This document shows positions 1 to 13,600 of a stretch of 64,000 nt of DNA, in pieces. The stretch is from assembly GCA_051294375.1 (NCBI GenBank), contig CM119265.1, forward strand, positions 17,139,172-17,203,171. The letters are read 5' to 3'. The position numbers were made by a program, and so were the translations under genes. Each line of letters opens with the position of its first letter. The first letter of the stretch is position 1. Under the pieces are notes generated by a model. That model ran no database searches. It had not been told where the DNA came from and saw nothing but the letters and a program-made list of their open reading frames with translations. The DNA is from Paraspadella gotoi. Lineage: Eukaryota; Animalia; Chaetognatha.

Positions 1-65
1 ACCCGGTCATTCACCCCGAGACTTTCTCTGGGTCCATTCACGCCCATGGTTCTGTCTCTCCCTCA

Positions 66-96
<31 letters not shown>

Positions 97-251
97 ATCT
101 TCTCTCTCTATCTCTCTACTCACTCACTCACTCTCTCTCTCTCTCTCTCCATCGTAGGACCCATTGTTAACCGTCCGTCGCTTTACAACCCAATACTTGG
201 CGCCGATTCGTCGCTTTGTCTCTTATTTTCCATTTGCGAAATAAACCGCGT

Positions 252-331
<80 letters not shown>

Positions 332-1615
332 TTGATTCGCCCTACTTCGACAGGGCCATTTTCGACCTCTCGTCCTGCTCCTTCGTCATCAACGTGGCTG
401 TTCGACAGCAGATTTTGGTGATATGCCGACGCAGCCGAATCACGCCGTCGCCACTGCCGACGTAGATATCGACGCTGTCGACGTACATTCCGCTCCTTTC
501 TCCCCATTTCTTTGTCCACTTTGAGAAATGTTGCGTAGCTCTTCTTTCTGCCGACGCGCTACCGACTCCCTTTGCCGAGCCTGCCGACGCGGCTCATTTC
601 CATTTAGTGCGCGTGGAACCAGAAAAATGTTATCGTTTGATTCGAGAAAAGAAGGAGAAAGAAAAAAAGGAGGGAGGAAAAGAAATAATGAAAAAAAAAA
701 AGAAATTGAAAATAATGAGACGCAGAAAAGGGGGAAAAAAAAAAGGAAGTTTGCGAGCGAGAAATGGGAGAAAGGTCGATCCACGGCAGAGCCAGGATTG
801 AAAAATAATTAAAGGAGAGAAATGTCGGGAGTGCCTTTGTACGTAGAGGAGATAGACTGATTCTATTGTTTAGAAACGTTGTATACTTTGTAAACAAATC
901 TCTTAGAAAATTGGGTAATAATTTCTGACGAAATACTTGCACCGATTTGAAGAAAACTGTGAGTTTGGCAGAACGTCTTAAATCGCCCACGCCCCCCCCA
1001 AACAAAAAAGAAAAAATAAATCAGAACTTGCTATCGTGAAAACATGGGAGGAAATTATTTGCATAAATTATTACTCAAGTTCACAACAGCCCACGAGAAA
1101 AGTTAAGTTTAATCCAAGTTGAGGCAATGCTTGGGGGGAGGGAGAGAAAAAAGTTTAATATTGAAATCGTTGTTTCGTTCAGATTTGAACGATGAACCGG
1201 TGATTTTCTGAAAGATGTAAAGATACAGTGTTCGAGCTGTTGCTTCGAAGTAAACTATTTAATAATTACATTCGTTGAAAATTACTTTCGGAAGTAATTA
1301 CTTTAAACTCTAAAAGTAGATGTCAGGATTGAAAGAAAACAAAGACGGGGGGCTCGTGACGATGTAGTGAAAGTGGAGAGATTCAAGAATTGCCAAAAGA
1401 AAATCCAAAGCGGCCCTGGGGGCTTAGTTTGGGTCATGATTGAGTCAAGACGGGAGACAGAGTCAAGCCGTGCCATGTAAATTTAGGAAATGAGACGTGT
1501 AGAGAGTAGAGAAGAGAGAGCGAGAGAGAAAGAGAGAGATGGTACAGAAATTTCTCCTAACTAGATTTTTTCAACAAAGCCAAAGGAGAGAAGAGGAAGA
1601 GAAGAGAGAGAAGGA

Positions 1616-1679
<64 letters not shown>

Positions 1680-1886
1680 AAGAAAAACAGCCAAAAGAAA
1701 TGAAAAAATAAGTAGGTTCTTGTTTCTGAAACACTATTTTTTTCCAGCTTTAAAAAAACAAAAGGAAAGTGTTGTTGTTTAAAAAGATTAAAAAATTCAG
1801 GAAACAAAGAAGAATGTTTTATGAAAGAAATTAGCGAGACAGATTAAGGGAAGAAATAAGAGAGAGAGAGAGAGCGAGAGAGAGAG

Positions 1887-1936
<50 letters not shown>

Positions 1937-2226
1937 GAGAGAGAGAGAGTTGCTCATGAAATTGTTGAATAATTTTTCAGAGGGCAAGAGTGACTGACCG
2001 ATTACCTTCCATTGAAGTCTTAGAGAAAGAGGGATTTATAAAACAGATTAGGCGTGGGTGATAGACTGACCGAAAAAAAAAAGAGAGAGAGGGATGTGGC
2101 CGAGAGAGAGAGAGAGAAGAGAGACGACGAAGAGAGACGAGGAGAGAGGAGAGATGATGAGAGAGACGACGAGAGAGAGAGAGAAAGTTCCGAAACGCAA
2201 AGTATGAAAAATCCTTTGCGAGGCGC
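1..2226 (-). repeat. Inverted copy of the block at ~17977-21026 (1-~1540 also matches ~30560-32083); runs off the left edge of the window
   Basis: 1-60 is the reverse complement of ~20960-21026 and ~32020-32083. 2183-2226 (gaaagttccgaaacgcaaagtatgaaaaatcc) is the reverse complement of ~17977-18023. Unique sequence between these anchors is collinear. Confidence 0.95.
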
Positions 2227-2251
2227 NNNNNNNNNNNNNNNNNNNNNNNNN
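2227..2251. other. Assembly gap (25 N)
   Basis: Run of 25 N. The sequence right after it (2252-2339) is an inverted copy of ~1766-1862. Confidence 0.99.
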
Positions 2252-3550
2252 CTCTATTTCTTCCCTTAATCTGTCTCGCTATTTCTTCATAACATTTTCT
2301 TTGTTTCTAATTTTTTAATCTTTTTTAACAACACACTTTAAGAGAAGAGAGAGATGTCCTTTTATGGACTTCGCTGCTCATGGGCAGCTCATTATTTGTC
2401 ATTCAAAGTCAGATTCGTGAAACTTCATAATCCTACAAATCATCAAGGAAAAGGTTTTCGGACCTTTTTACCTTTTCCTTACCTCTTCTTAGGTTCGACG
2501 CCACTTCTTCGTCGAGGATGAAGGGCAAAGACCGCACGAAATTTCTCTCTGGAAGCGAGAAACTTAGTCAATCATTCGGGCTCCTGTAACAGAGAAGAGA
2601 CACGTGTTTACAGCTTTCGTTTCTACTCTGTTTACAAAACGCACTAAGTTTGACCGGACTAAGACATCATGTTATGCCCCGGATTGAAACAGTGAAAAAC
2701 AAATAACGCGTGGAAGTGAACTTTCCTTTGCTTCAGCGGCGTCGAAAAGTTTACAGCATTCGTACTCTGCTTACCGACAAAAAGAGTGAAATGTCCATAT
2801 TAATCTTCGACGTCGTCGTCGTTATCCGTGCTTTTCTCGACGAGTCCGGACGATTGATTTCTGGGCGACGGAGAAGATCGGGCAGCGAGGTTCGCCTGCT
2901 GCGAAGACATCCGCTTTAGAAGAAGAACGAAACTCATAAACAAGCTCAGGTGAGTTCGTATGAAAAATGTTTATGGGTGATCGAGACGGTTTCTCGTATC
3001 GATTCTTTTAATCTTTATGCAATTATCATGCAAGCAGAAAGTTCGTCAATGAAGATCATAATTTTTTCTTCCAATAATTTGTATGTCGTAAGAGTATTTT
3101 TATCTCTCTACTATTCAAACCTTCTATAATTTCATTTATAATCTTCAGAAGATCGGCCAAGTCGATCAACAAATCCTTGAAAGCGGACAGAATATTCTTG
3201 TATATCTTCAGAACCCTGTCTAAGAGCACCAAAACCTTGTTCTAATGCTGACTCGAAACTAGGAAAACATACACGAAAAACTTTATCGAAAAAAACATTA
3301 ACATCATAGTTAGCTAACCTTCCCATAACTCTATCACAGTAGTTTTAAATTCTACCGCCCGAAAATGGGCACATGCTATCATTTCACACGATCGGGTTTT
3401 CAGGAAAGTAGTTACCGATATCAACCTTTAGGCTAGTTTCTAATGAGATGTATTCGATCATATCTTTTACAATCTTTAATAGTAGTTTTAATAAGCTTAT
3501 TTAGACTTGTCTATAATATGTAAAATATCCATTTCAGACAAATGTCGTTC

Positions 3551-5811
3551 TCAACCGCACCTGTGCCGGGGGAGGAGGGCTTCCGCCACCGAAGCCGCCG
3601 TTTCGTCGATCCATCTCCCAACGGCCACTCTACCACGAGGTTGGCGGTTGCCCCGAAAACTCCGTACGCTTGGGGGAAATCCTCTCCTCCAGCTGGCGCC
3701 TGCCGTACTGCATCCGTTGCGCTGATTCTGGCCATTCATCCTCGGAGGACCGAAGCCACGACCTTGCAGTAGCTGCAGGACGAACAAAGCTGAACGTTGA
3801 AAGCGATCCCTCGATCCAATGGGAGCAAAGCCTGAAGAGGCCCTGCTGCTGCTCAGGATAATCCTCTGCTGATGAGGCTGCTGCTGCGGCGAATCCTGCT
3901 GCTGGAATCGATCCTGTTGCTGACGACGATCCTGTTGCGAAATAGCACAAAGACACGATCGCGGCAATGGAGCGGGAGCAGGAGGCGGGCGGAGGAGCTG
4001 CTGCAGGAGCGGGTCCCGTGTTGAATCGTATTGCGAAGGAGAAGGAGAGCCCAAGTCCGCAGACAAAACAACTTTTGGAGAAGTCGCCGTGTCGGATTTT
4101 GCGGTGCCTAGCCGCACCAAGGTTAGTTCCGGTCCCAGGAAAAGGAGAGGCAAAAGGGTTGAAATCGGGAGCAGGTGTTTGATTTACGACAATGGGAATG
4201 TCGCAGGGATTTCTCACGCACAACGGCGACAAACAATCGCTTCTGCACAAGGAGAATGGTCGCAAGATTGACCACCGCGCACCTTTTCTTTGAGTTTCAA
4301 ATTCTCACGAGTCATTGTTGACATCATGGTGGCGTCCGAAGGCGGTCAATCCGGCTGTCAGACAACTTGCGTATCGGACAAGGACGAGGCGGTCGGCAAG
4401 GGGGGAGGCGGATGACAATCAGCCGGGAAAAGTTTCGTCAAGAATCCAGCTTGTCCATCCGGTTCTTGCATCTTCTCGTCAGGGCCAGCGGCGCTATCAA
4501 CGCAAAAGAGGCTGAGGTTAGTCAACACTCGGCCTTCTAATCTCTGCCACGCAGTGAATGCAACTGCTGATAATCTTGGCGTAGTTGATCCAGGGCGCGT
4601 CAGAAGGTTTCCTTTCGGAAACTTTACCAGCTCTTTTCGTAAGCAGACGAAAACTGATATCGTTTTCCTCTCCTTTGTTAGTGATGGGGATCGAATTCCC
4701 AAACAAAGCACTTATCGGCAATAGTGCCCGGCGAGAGGTACAACCCGAAAGGTCGAGCAAGCGAGCTTTCTGAAGATGCGCACTTTCCGGCGGAGCTCCT
4801 TGTTATTCCTCGACTTATTGCTGTAGGCGGCAAAGAAAAAAGGCTTTAAGTTAGAAAATCATAAGAATAGAAATGCAACTCAAAGCTTCATTAAGATAAC
4901 GTAGATTCATACCCAAATTATGTCTTAATTTCGAAACATAAACAAATCAGTTAACATCGCTCGAAACTGTTTTTATATTTTTTTTTTTAAATAAATTCAT
5001 TTGGCCGCTTTTTTTTTAATACCATCGAAATCAATCCAAACAGTCTGCATCGCCAAAAAAGGCAGTCGCTAACTTTTTGTAATACTTTGTATTTACATTA
5101 TTCATTTATTTCATTAACCCTCTTTCATTTATTCATTTAACCGTTCTATTTCATTTTATTCATTTACCGGTTCCATTCATTTATTCATTGTCCTATTCAT
5201 TAACCAAGCGCCCGAAATACATTGTTTAACAATATCTTCTAAACCAAAATATTTGGTCAATTACGCGCATAAAATAGTTTGGACGGTAACTTTTTGTCAA
5301 GATCTTCAGAACCTCGATCATTCATGACTTTTTATTTCAACCACCACCAACTTCGTCCTAAATTATTTAATTCAATTTAGCGTCGATACTCTCTCAAATA
5401 TTAATATTTCAAAAAATTTTATCAATACAGCTTGATTGTAATAGAACCTATATTTTCGATTTTCGCTTAAAATTTATTATTTACTATTAAAGGCAACATT
5501 TTAGCGATCTGATTCATGTATCAATTATCCAGTATTATCAGTTTATTTGTAAACCCCCACCCCCAAATGCCGATTAAAGCTCAACAGGTGGACAAAAGCA
5601 TTATGTGAAATGAACGCTACAATAATTAACTTCTGTCTGCCTTAACCATAATTGTCAAGAACAAATAAAAACATTGAAACTGACTTTGTTAATTGAGGCG
5701 AGGGTCGAGGAGCAGATGGACGGCGGGAGTACGTACCTCCCTCTACGACGAAACAATCGGGATCGAACTCCGGCTTTGAGCTAGGATGTCAGCAGTCGTC
5801 GAGGTGCTCAT
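3551..5811 (-). CDS. Putative spliced gene, frameshifted in this assembly; unknown protein with a Gln/Pro/Ala-rich C-terminal part
   Basis: ATG at 5811, donor GTACGT after 5737, acceptor CTACAG before 4820, then a GC-rich block 4820-3551 with overlapping partial ORFs (QQDRRQQQDRFQQQDSPQQQ, PPPAPAP). No family motif recognised. Confidence 0.35.
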
Positions 5812-6104
5812 GCAAGAAAGTTCGAAAAAGTCAAACGAATCGCACAAGCGAACCGAAGCGAAGTGTAAACGTAAAATAAACTGATAAACCTTGATGAAAT
5901 GAGAGAAATAGATATACGGTTAACATATAAATGCTGCATTATTGAGTAAATAAATATTAGACAAACATTAGCACATAAAAAATAAAACAATTCTAAAATA
6001 ATTCTACCAATGAGGGAAAATAATATGGGTCGGGGGAAATAAACAATATTCGAAATAGCAGTCCACACGACACAGTGTCTATCCCGCCGAAAGGGTCCAA
6101 CTGT

Positions 6105-6839
6105 TTATTCGTCGTCCCAATTTTCTTCATACCGGAACCGACCCAGAACGTGCAAACTTAAGTCGTCGATGGACGGGTAAAGCGTTCAAAAGCGGCGTTC
6201 CGCCTGTGGAACGCCCCGCCAGGAAGAGAATCCCATGGATTATGGTTAAAGAATGATGCCAAAGTCGCCGGCTTCGTGGCGAATGGATGAAACCTCCAGG
6301 GTCTCTTTCAGATGGATCGTCGGCAATGGTCAGATCCGGATGTGGATATACGACCGCGGCGCTTTCAAATCAGGTAACGCCTGCCGTCGTCGTGCACTGG
6401 GCGCCATGGATAAGTGGAAAAAACCTCCACGAATTTTCCAGTGGATGGCGGAGTCATCCATGAGGGCGCTCCGCGGTGAAGCTAGGACGCCCATCTCCGC
6501 GTTACCCGCCCATCGTCTTCCACCCCATAGCCATGGCGGTTTTTGGGCCATTTCGAAAACAGACTTTTTTTTAGTTCGGAATCGGCAGGAGCACGACCTC
6601 CTTGCACGAGCCATAGTAAATGTTCTCATAATCCATGTTCGCCGCGGCCGACGGCGTCAACGTCGCGTTCAATTGTTTGGGGATCCGGAACGCGGCGACC
6701 TGACGGCGCGCAGCGGCCGGTCGTAAAAGTTCGTCTCCGGAAAACAACAAAATGGTCCTTTTCGCGCAAAAATCTGGCCATGGCCGACATAGTCCGAAAG
6801 ATAGTTGTAATGTCAGATTGAACGTGTCGAGCACGTCAA
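6105..6839 (-). CDS. Putative terminal exon of an unidentified gene, frameshifted
   Basis: GC-rich island preceded by the acceptor tttcttgtcag. Protein-like fragments in shifting frames (NMDYENIYYGSCKEVVLLPIP ... LHVLGRFRYEENWDDE-stop). Confidence 0.35.
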
Positions 6840-7544
6840 CTGACAAGAAACAAATGATAATTAGAAGATAGAATTTTTTTTTCTTTATTAAATTTAATTT
6901 AAAAATAGAGAGAAAAAATACAAGAACGAACGATGCTCTTTTTGTCTATGTTTAGATTTTTTCCGAAAATATAATTTCCGTTTGCAGTCGCCAGATGTCG
7001 CGACAGATAGGGCGACGCTAAAAACGCCAAACACAAATAAGACAAATGAACAACGCGCAGATTATAGATACGAAGAAATAAATTCGAAATAACTCCGAAA
7101 TAATATCAAAATTAGAAAACGAAAATTCGTATGAATGAAAAAAATTAGAACATATTAAATTTTTAAATTCACAGTAAAAGAGCGACATTTATACGCGAAA
7201 ATAGTAAAATTCGATTATTTTGATTTTGTTGATTTTGGCGAGTAATCCATGTAGGTCGTCGCTCGGCGGCAAGTAGAAAAATAATATCCAAAATTTCCGG
7301 CCGACGAATAGCGATAATTGAGAACGCAAAAAATTAACTCGCAAAATTAAAATTGTATTTTTAATAAGAAATACCCATAGTCCGCCCGTAACTCACACAA
7401 ACGGAACTATCTAAATTGGTAAATGAAAACGCCTAGAAAGAAAACAGAGACGCGGTCCGCATCCTTATATAGTATTGACAACTTCGCCAATCCTATTGTT
7501 TTCTAAATTCCTCAAAGAAGGCAATTCTAAACCTCATCCGCATC

Positions 7545-7645
7545 CGCTAAATGGGCTCCGACATTTGCAGAGTGCAATGGTCCCGCAGCTTAATGGGCCC
7601 CGTCACTTGCGAGGCAAATGGTCCAGCTTAATGGGCCTCCGTCAA
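7545..7645. repeat. Degenerate ~40-bp tandem repeat, about 2.5 copies
   Basis: Recurring (c/t)taatgggc(c/t)ccg...caaatggtcc(cgc)ag. Confidence 0.7.
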
Positions 7646-7782
7646 GGAACATTTGACATGGCAAATGCAAGTAAGACGATAAACGATTTTATGTATTAAG
7701 CGACATGCGGTAAAAGTGCGCAAAAAAAAAGTTCGGACGGCTATGTGGCGAATTCCATATTATTTCATGTAATTCTTTTAAC

Positions 7783-7926
7783 GGGGTTTTCCGGTTTTTA
7801 CGTCGCAAGGACGGCAGTTATGGAAGGCTCAAACCGCTGAGCAGGAGTTTTTTCGTCTACTGTGGCAGACGGCAGTTATAGAGCTCAACGCTGAGCCGGG
7901 GTTTTTCGTCTACTCCGCAGACGGCA
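7783..7926. repeat. Degenerate ~55-bp tandem repeat, about 2.5 copies
   Basis: Recurring gttttt(t)cgtctac...gcagacggcagttat...gctcaa(a)cgctgagc. Confidence 0.75.
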
Positions 7927-10490
7927 TACCAACAAGCCAAAAAGTAAGCCAAGGCTCCCCACCCCACGCTTGCAGGTGACAAGACCCGTCAATATGCTAT
8001 GCTTTTACATCCACTCCGCGGATGTGAAGGAGAGTGGAAATTAAACACCCCACTTAGATAACTTATATCTTAATCTTAATTATCTTTCAATATGAACAAT
8101 ATTAGCTCAATGAAAAAACTCGCACCACATCCCCACTTAAGGTAGCAGTAGCAACAAGAGACGTGGGGACCGAACAAAGCCGATGCCACCATGTCGTCTT
8201 TAATTACTTAACTACTGTAATAATTGACGAATCTATTTAGCCTAATATATTAAAAGAGGATTGAGTATTCATTATGAATTATATTAAATAACGTGAAACA
8301 AACGTAAAAATAAACGGAGCGAATTACAAATTGTTAAGCGCCAAAATCACGACTGAAGAAAATACAAGCGATCGAGAAACAAAAAGCGTTTTGTTTACAA
8401 TTCAGCGAAGGCCCAATACTTTTGTAAATAAAGAACGATGGCCGAAACGAAAAACAAACAACTCTTTAATATTCTGACCAGATGGCTTATGATGCACGCT
8501 TTGTGCCCGAGCACTCTAGGAGGCCTGCTTACTCCTGCTCCGTCTTCACACACGATGGTCGAGGCAGAGGTGTGTTAACATGCCCGGGCAGAGGTGTATT
8601 AATTGCCAGCGGTGTTGGTTGTGGGCTGCACCAATGTGGAAGGACTGTGCTGATTTCTGCGGACGAGTTAACGGGGTATGAAAATATACCGCTACAATTG
8701 GCATAATTTACGACTTCCTCAGGGGGTCTTCGAGGAGTCCATAAACTGTATTCTAGCGAAAAGGTCAAAATAACAACGAGAAAGATAAGGCTTGAGCAAT
8801 AACCTCGAGGATGCCTGAAGGAGAATAGGTCAGGGGTCGACTTTCGAAGTAGACCTTAATTCGAGGTCATTCGGGTCGGGGGAATTTTCGGAAGAGAGGA
8901 AATGGAGACGAACGACCGCCGACTATGAAGCCGATATTGGGTACAACAGGGGATAGAATTTTTTACATCATTTCGTATATTTTTTAGGTTTCTTCGAATA
9001 ACTTCCCTCGCCCCCTAATAGCATTGCCCGATCATTCTTTTCGTTTGATTTTTGAAAGCAGTGAGGTTAGAAATCCAACAAAAAAAGGGCTATATTTTTC
9101 CAAAAGCGAACTCATTTCGGTTCCGTAAGTTAATTTTAATTTAAATATCTATCTTAATAACTTTAATATCTTACGCCAATAACCTCATCTCACCCTTATT
9201 CAAAGCAAAAGATTAACCTAATCTCTACCTTTATCCTAAACATAATCTCGTTCTCTCAGATTGAGTCGACGTTTCTTCGCCGGAACTCGACAGTCGACGG
9301 CTTCGTCGAACCGAGGACAGAGAGAGAGAGAGTGCCACGTCACGCAGTGGTCCGACGAGTTAGGAAAATTTGATCGTTTGCGGAGTAGAAGGGGTGAAGA
9401 CTAAAGAGGTTAGATGCAGGGGAGAAAAAAAAGGGGAAAGATTGAGAATAGACGGAAAAGATTAGGCAGGAAGAAAAAGAGCTAATAGGAATTCGGTATA
9501 ATTATAAAGGTGTATAATCTAAAAAAATGGGTATACTAGTATAAAAGTTATTGGTCACTTAGATAAACAGAAAAATTCATAAAGCAAAATTGAGCATTTC
9601 GTGCGAAAATTTGCGTAGCCAAAACAAAGTTATTAATAAAAAAAAAGAAGCTTTTAATTTCAAAAACAATGAATTGTGAAAATTTTAAATTCAAATTGAT
9701 TTTTCATCCTTTTCTCCGAGGACGAAGAGACGAAACAAATGAAGTTCGTCGAATTGTTATCTTTGCCCCACCCTTTTTAAATCAACATTCTGGCTGCAGC
9801 CGTTCAAGGCCTTGTTGTCTCTGCTTCTCTCAGACAGCTTTGAGAGTGAGGTTTGGTTCATCCGTCAAGTGCGTCGAAGGCAGGAGCGGTGAATGAAAGA
9901 TAACAAATTAATAAAAAACGAAATTAAATTAGGGAAGATAACGCGTGAAAGCGGCGCGGCGTTGAGGGAGACGGAAGGAAGAAGGCCGTTGAGAGAATTT
10001 GATTAGCAAAAAAAACAAAAAAAAAACAAAAACAAAACAAACAAAAAACAGAAAAGGGCCTTATTAAATCCCTTCGGAACGAACACACAACCTAATGAGT
10101 TTAGCGTGGAAAAACGTTGAGAAAAAAATGGCTTTCTAAAGTGCTCCCAAGAGGGAGCCAGTAAGCTGAGAGATCTCCATCTGCGTCAAGAGACGCACGT
10201 CGCTAACGGCGGCTCGGTAGTGTTTGGCGGCGCTGGCTGCGTCGCTGGCGGTCGGCGTACAAGCGCTATAATGGGCGGCTGTGGGGGCATACGGACGGCG
10301 GGCGTTAGTAGTGGCTGCTGCGACGGCCCTTGGGAATGAAGGCGGCAACGGGATGATCCGGGAAAGAAGAAAAAACGAAGAAAGTTGGATGACAAATAAA
10401 TGAAACAACGCCAAGTTTGCTTAGAAGACGCGGACTGTATTTTTAATGCGTGCAGAGAGATAAAGTGAGAGAGTGCAGGAGGGAGGGAAG

Positions 10491-10539
<49 letters not shown>

Positions 10540-10572
10540 AGAAGGGAGAAGAGAGATAGAGAAGAAGAAGAA

Positions 10573-10612
<40 letters not shown>

Positions 10613-13600
10613 GAAGAGAGAAGCAAGAAGCAGCAAGCAGAATAGAATGAAAATAGCAGACACGTGTCGAACGCTCATGGTTTTAAGGTAGAAAGTGCTA
10701 TTTAAATAGCTGGGACTTCAAAATCTGGACCGAGAAAAAATACTTGATTCTCGATTTTACAGTAAATTTTAACTTGAGTCGAAAATAATTCTTTTTACCC
10801 TAATATATACACTGGCTCTCAAGCGGTATTTTCTTTTCGTCAAAATTTTACATTTTTCAATTATAATTAATCGAATAAGTTATCTAATATAAAAAATGAA
10901 AATCAGTTTGGTATGTATTATAATTATAACGCATATTATTGGTATAATTTATCAGCGTTTACTTTTTCCAATAAAGTATTTATAGATTTAAAGGAAACGT
11001 GATGTATTATTCATATTATAAATTTTTTTTTTAGATTCTGGTTCGTTGATACATTTACTACCAGTATTTTATAATAATAAAAATGAAACCATGAAAAAAA
11101 TTCCAAGTTGTTTTAATGGACTAAATTAATAGTAAGATGCCACTTTCAAAAGTCAAAAATTTCAAAAGTAAAAAATGCTCTTGTAAAAATTTACCCTCCT
11201 CTGAAGAAAATGTGTTTTTAACATAGAACTAAGGTTTTCGTATCAGTATCCCTAGATTGAAGTCGCCTGTAAAACGAAGGAATAGAGATTTTGCCAGGAG
11301 GACCGCTGTCCCGGTAAGAACAGTTTGTTGAGAAGTAACGTGATATTTGAAAGGGTGAGAACCGATGAGGGACATTGGATGGGGCAAATGACCGTATAAC
11401 TTTATAAGAAACAACGATAGATAGCAAACAAGCTGAAATGAAATAAAGAAACAATCGTTTCGATTTTAGTTTACTACGACAAAGTGAAAAATCATTTCAT
11501 CAGTGAAGGTACTTTCTGGGTTATATAATGCATCGACTGTATCTTGTTTCCGCAGAGATGTTCTCTGCCTTAGATTTCGTTAACTTGCAGGGAACCAATC
11601 GCTACTTCAAGTCTATCTCTGTAACTTCGATCGAGCCTATGAACTATTCATAAACCTGTGCCGAAAGTCAGGGGTTCAGCTATGCTAAATTATCGTAAAT
11701 AAGAATGGATAGGATTTAATGGTGTAGCAATTGCCAAATCTTCGGAAGTCCGCTGTATTTTACTAGAACACGTAGCAATAAGTTTCCGACTAAATATTAA
11801 GGATGAGTACTTATGAAACATAATCGGTTTCACATGATAGAACTATCGGGAACGGACTGGAGAGAGTCTTGATGAAGCGCAGGTGCTATTTTATCTAAGG
11901 GGGCTTAAACCAGTGCCAAAGTCAGGGGCTAAGTTCTTTTAAGATTTTTATACATTTCATAAAAGTGCTTCGTTTTATTTTATAACGATAAGTAACAGAG
12001 CATAACTACAAGCTAAAAGAGCTCTTCTAGTTTCTTCTCATTTACTTGCTTCGACTTTTGCGTTCCAGTTTTCTTGATCTATACGAGCCAGATGTTCGCG
12101 CCTTCCCTTACGCAATAAATCATGAAATCGTTGGCAGGATTTTGTATGCGTGAAAGACTGCAGCATAGCTTTGGATCGCGTTTAAAACAGTACAAATTAA
12201 AAAGAACTAAAACAGTCTTCTTATTCAGCTTTGTGTACCTGCTTTTCTAAGCATTGGACCATTTGCCAATGCGAAATGCTTCACTTACAAATCTCGTTTT
12301 TTCTCGACGATGCACCAGAAATTTCTCTTGGATTCAAACCACATCTTGTCTTCCGGAAAAATAATATTGTCGACACTGATGACGAGACGCAACGAACGAG
12401 ATGGAAAGCGCACGCACAAGCGGCGCGCCACCCGCCAGCGCGTCGAATATTTCCTCGTTAAGACTCGACGCGAGCGCGAGGGTCTTAACGTTTCTTTATC
12501 AAGCGGCGCGAACGTGAAATGCAGTGGGGCTCCTCATTAGCGGCGAAAAAGGTGACGGACGTCGCGCGCGTCAGAGCGTCACAAAAAATAACGAAGCCGA
12601 CTCACGTGACGGCACGATGAAAAACAAAGAACGGTAATTCAAATGTGTTGCGCCCGCAGTGACTGCCTTATCAGCGTGTATTTATCGATGAATAACAATG
12701 ACATATCGTGAACATGAATGAAATACAATGACTACAATAATCTTTTTAGACCGTGTATTTTATTCCTGTATAGTTTTAGGATTTCGCTGAATGCGGCGGC
12801 TAGCAGATTGAGATTTTTTTCTGTTTTAACAAATGAGCAACAACTATAGGCAAATTTATGATTTTAACGTAAGGGGACAGACCCGCACCGGACCGAAAAG
12901 TGTCCTTCATGGATTGCTCCGCGAGTACCTCGCGGCGCAACTAAAAAAGAGGCGTGACAACGTTCGAAAGAATCACAAAGCACCTGCCAACGGTTCCTTT
13001 GTTTTATACTTTCAGCTTTTGTATTAATTGGAATGCGTTTGGCGAGTAATCAGTACAAACGGAATTTCTTACCAATAATGAGCGGCGAGGCCTAAGGTTT
13101 AAAAAACTCAATTCGTTCTGCTTAGTAAATGCCCCATAAACCTGCGTTTCGTTTGAAAGAGCAATTATGTTGGGCTCTTTGGAAAGATTAGGAAGGCTTC
13201 AAGGTCAGGAGACAAACCAATTTGGAAAAAAGAGTTGCAATCGTTGAAGTCTCAAAACTAAAATGACAAAGCTGAACGTCAAATCAAATTACTTTTGCCC
13301 TTCGAATGAGTTTCTTCTTCTTTTTTTTTTTTTTGCCTAAAAATTCCGACTTACATCGTTCAAATGAACTTGCCCGTTATAATTACGAAATTTTTCTTAA
13401 CGAATTTCGAGAAAGGAAAAAAAAAGGGAGAAAGGATGAATAAAAGTTTGAATAGAAGATGGAATTAAGAGGAAATTGGAAAAAGGAAGTCGAAAGATTG
13501 AAGGAAAATAATTTAAAAATTCAAAATGAAACTGGAAACGTGAGAGAGAATGGGAGAAACTGGGAGATGATAAAGAAGGAAAGAAGAGAAAGAAAGAAAA

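Noticed and set aside
3148-3330. Peptide-like frame running through TAA/TAG, suggesting an alternative genetic code
   Set aside because: The two reliable genes have no in-frame stops and end in TAA and TGA; this region is low-accuracy.
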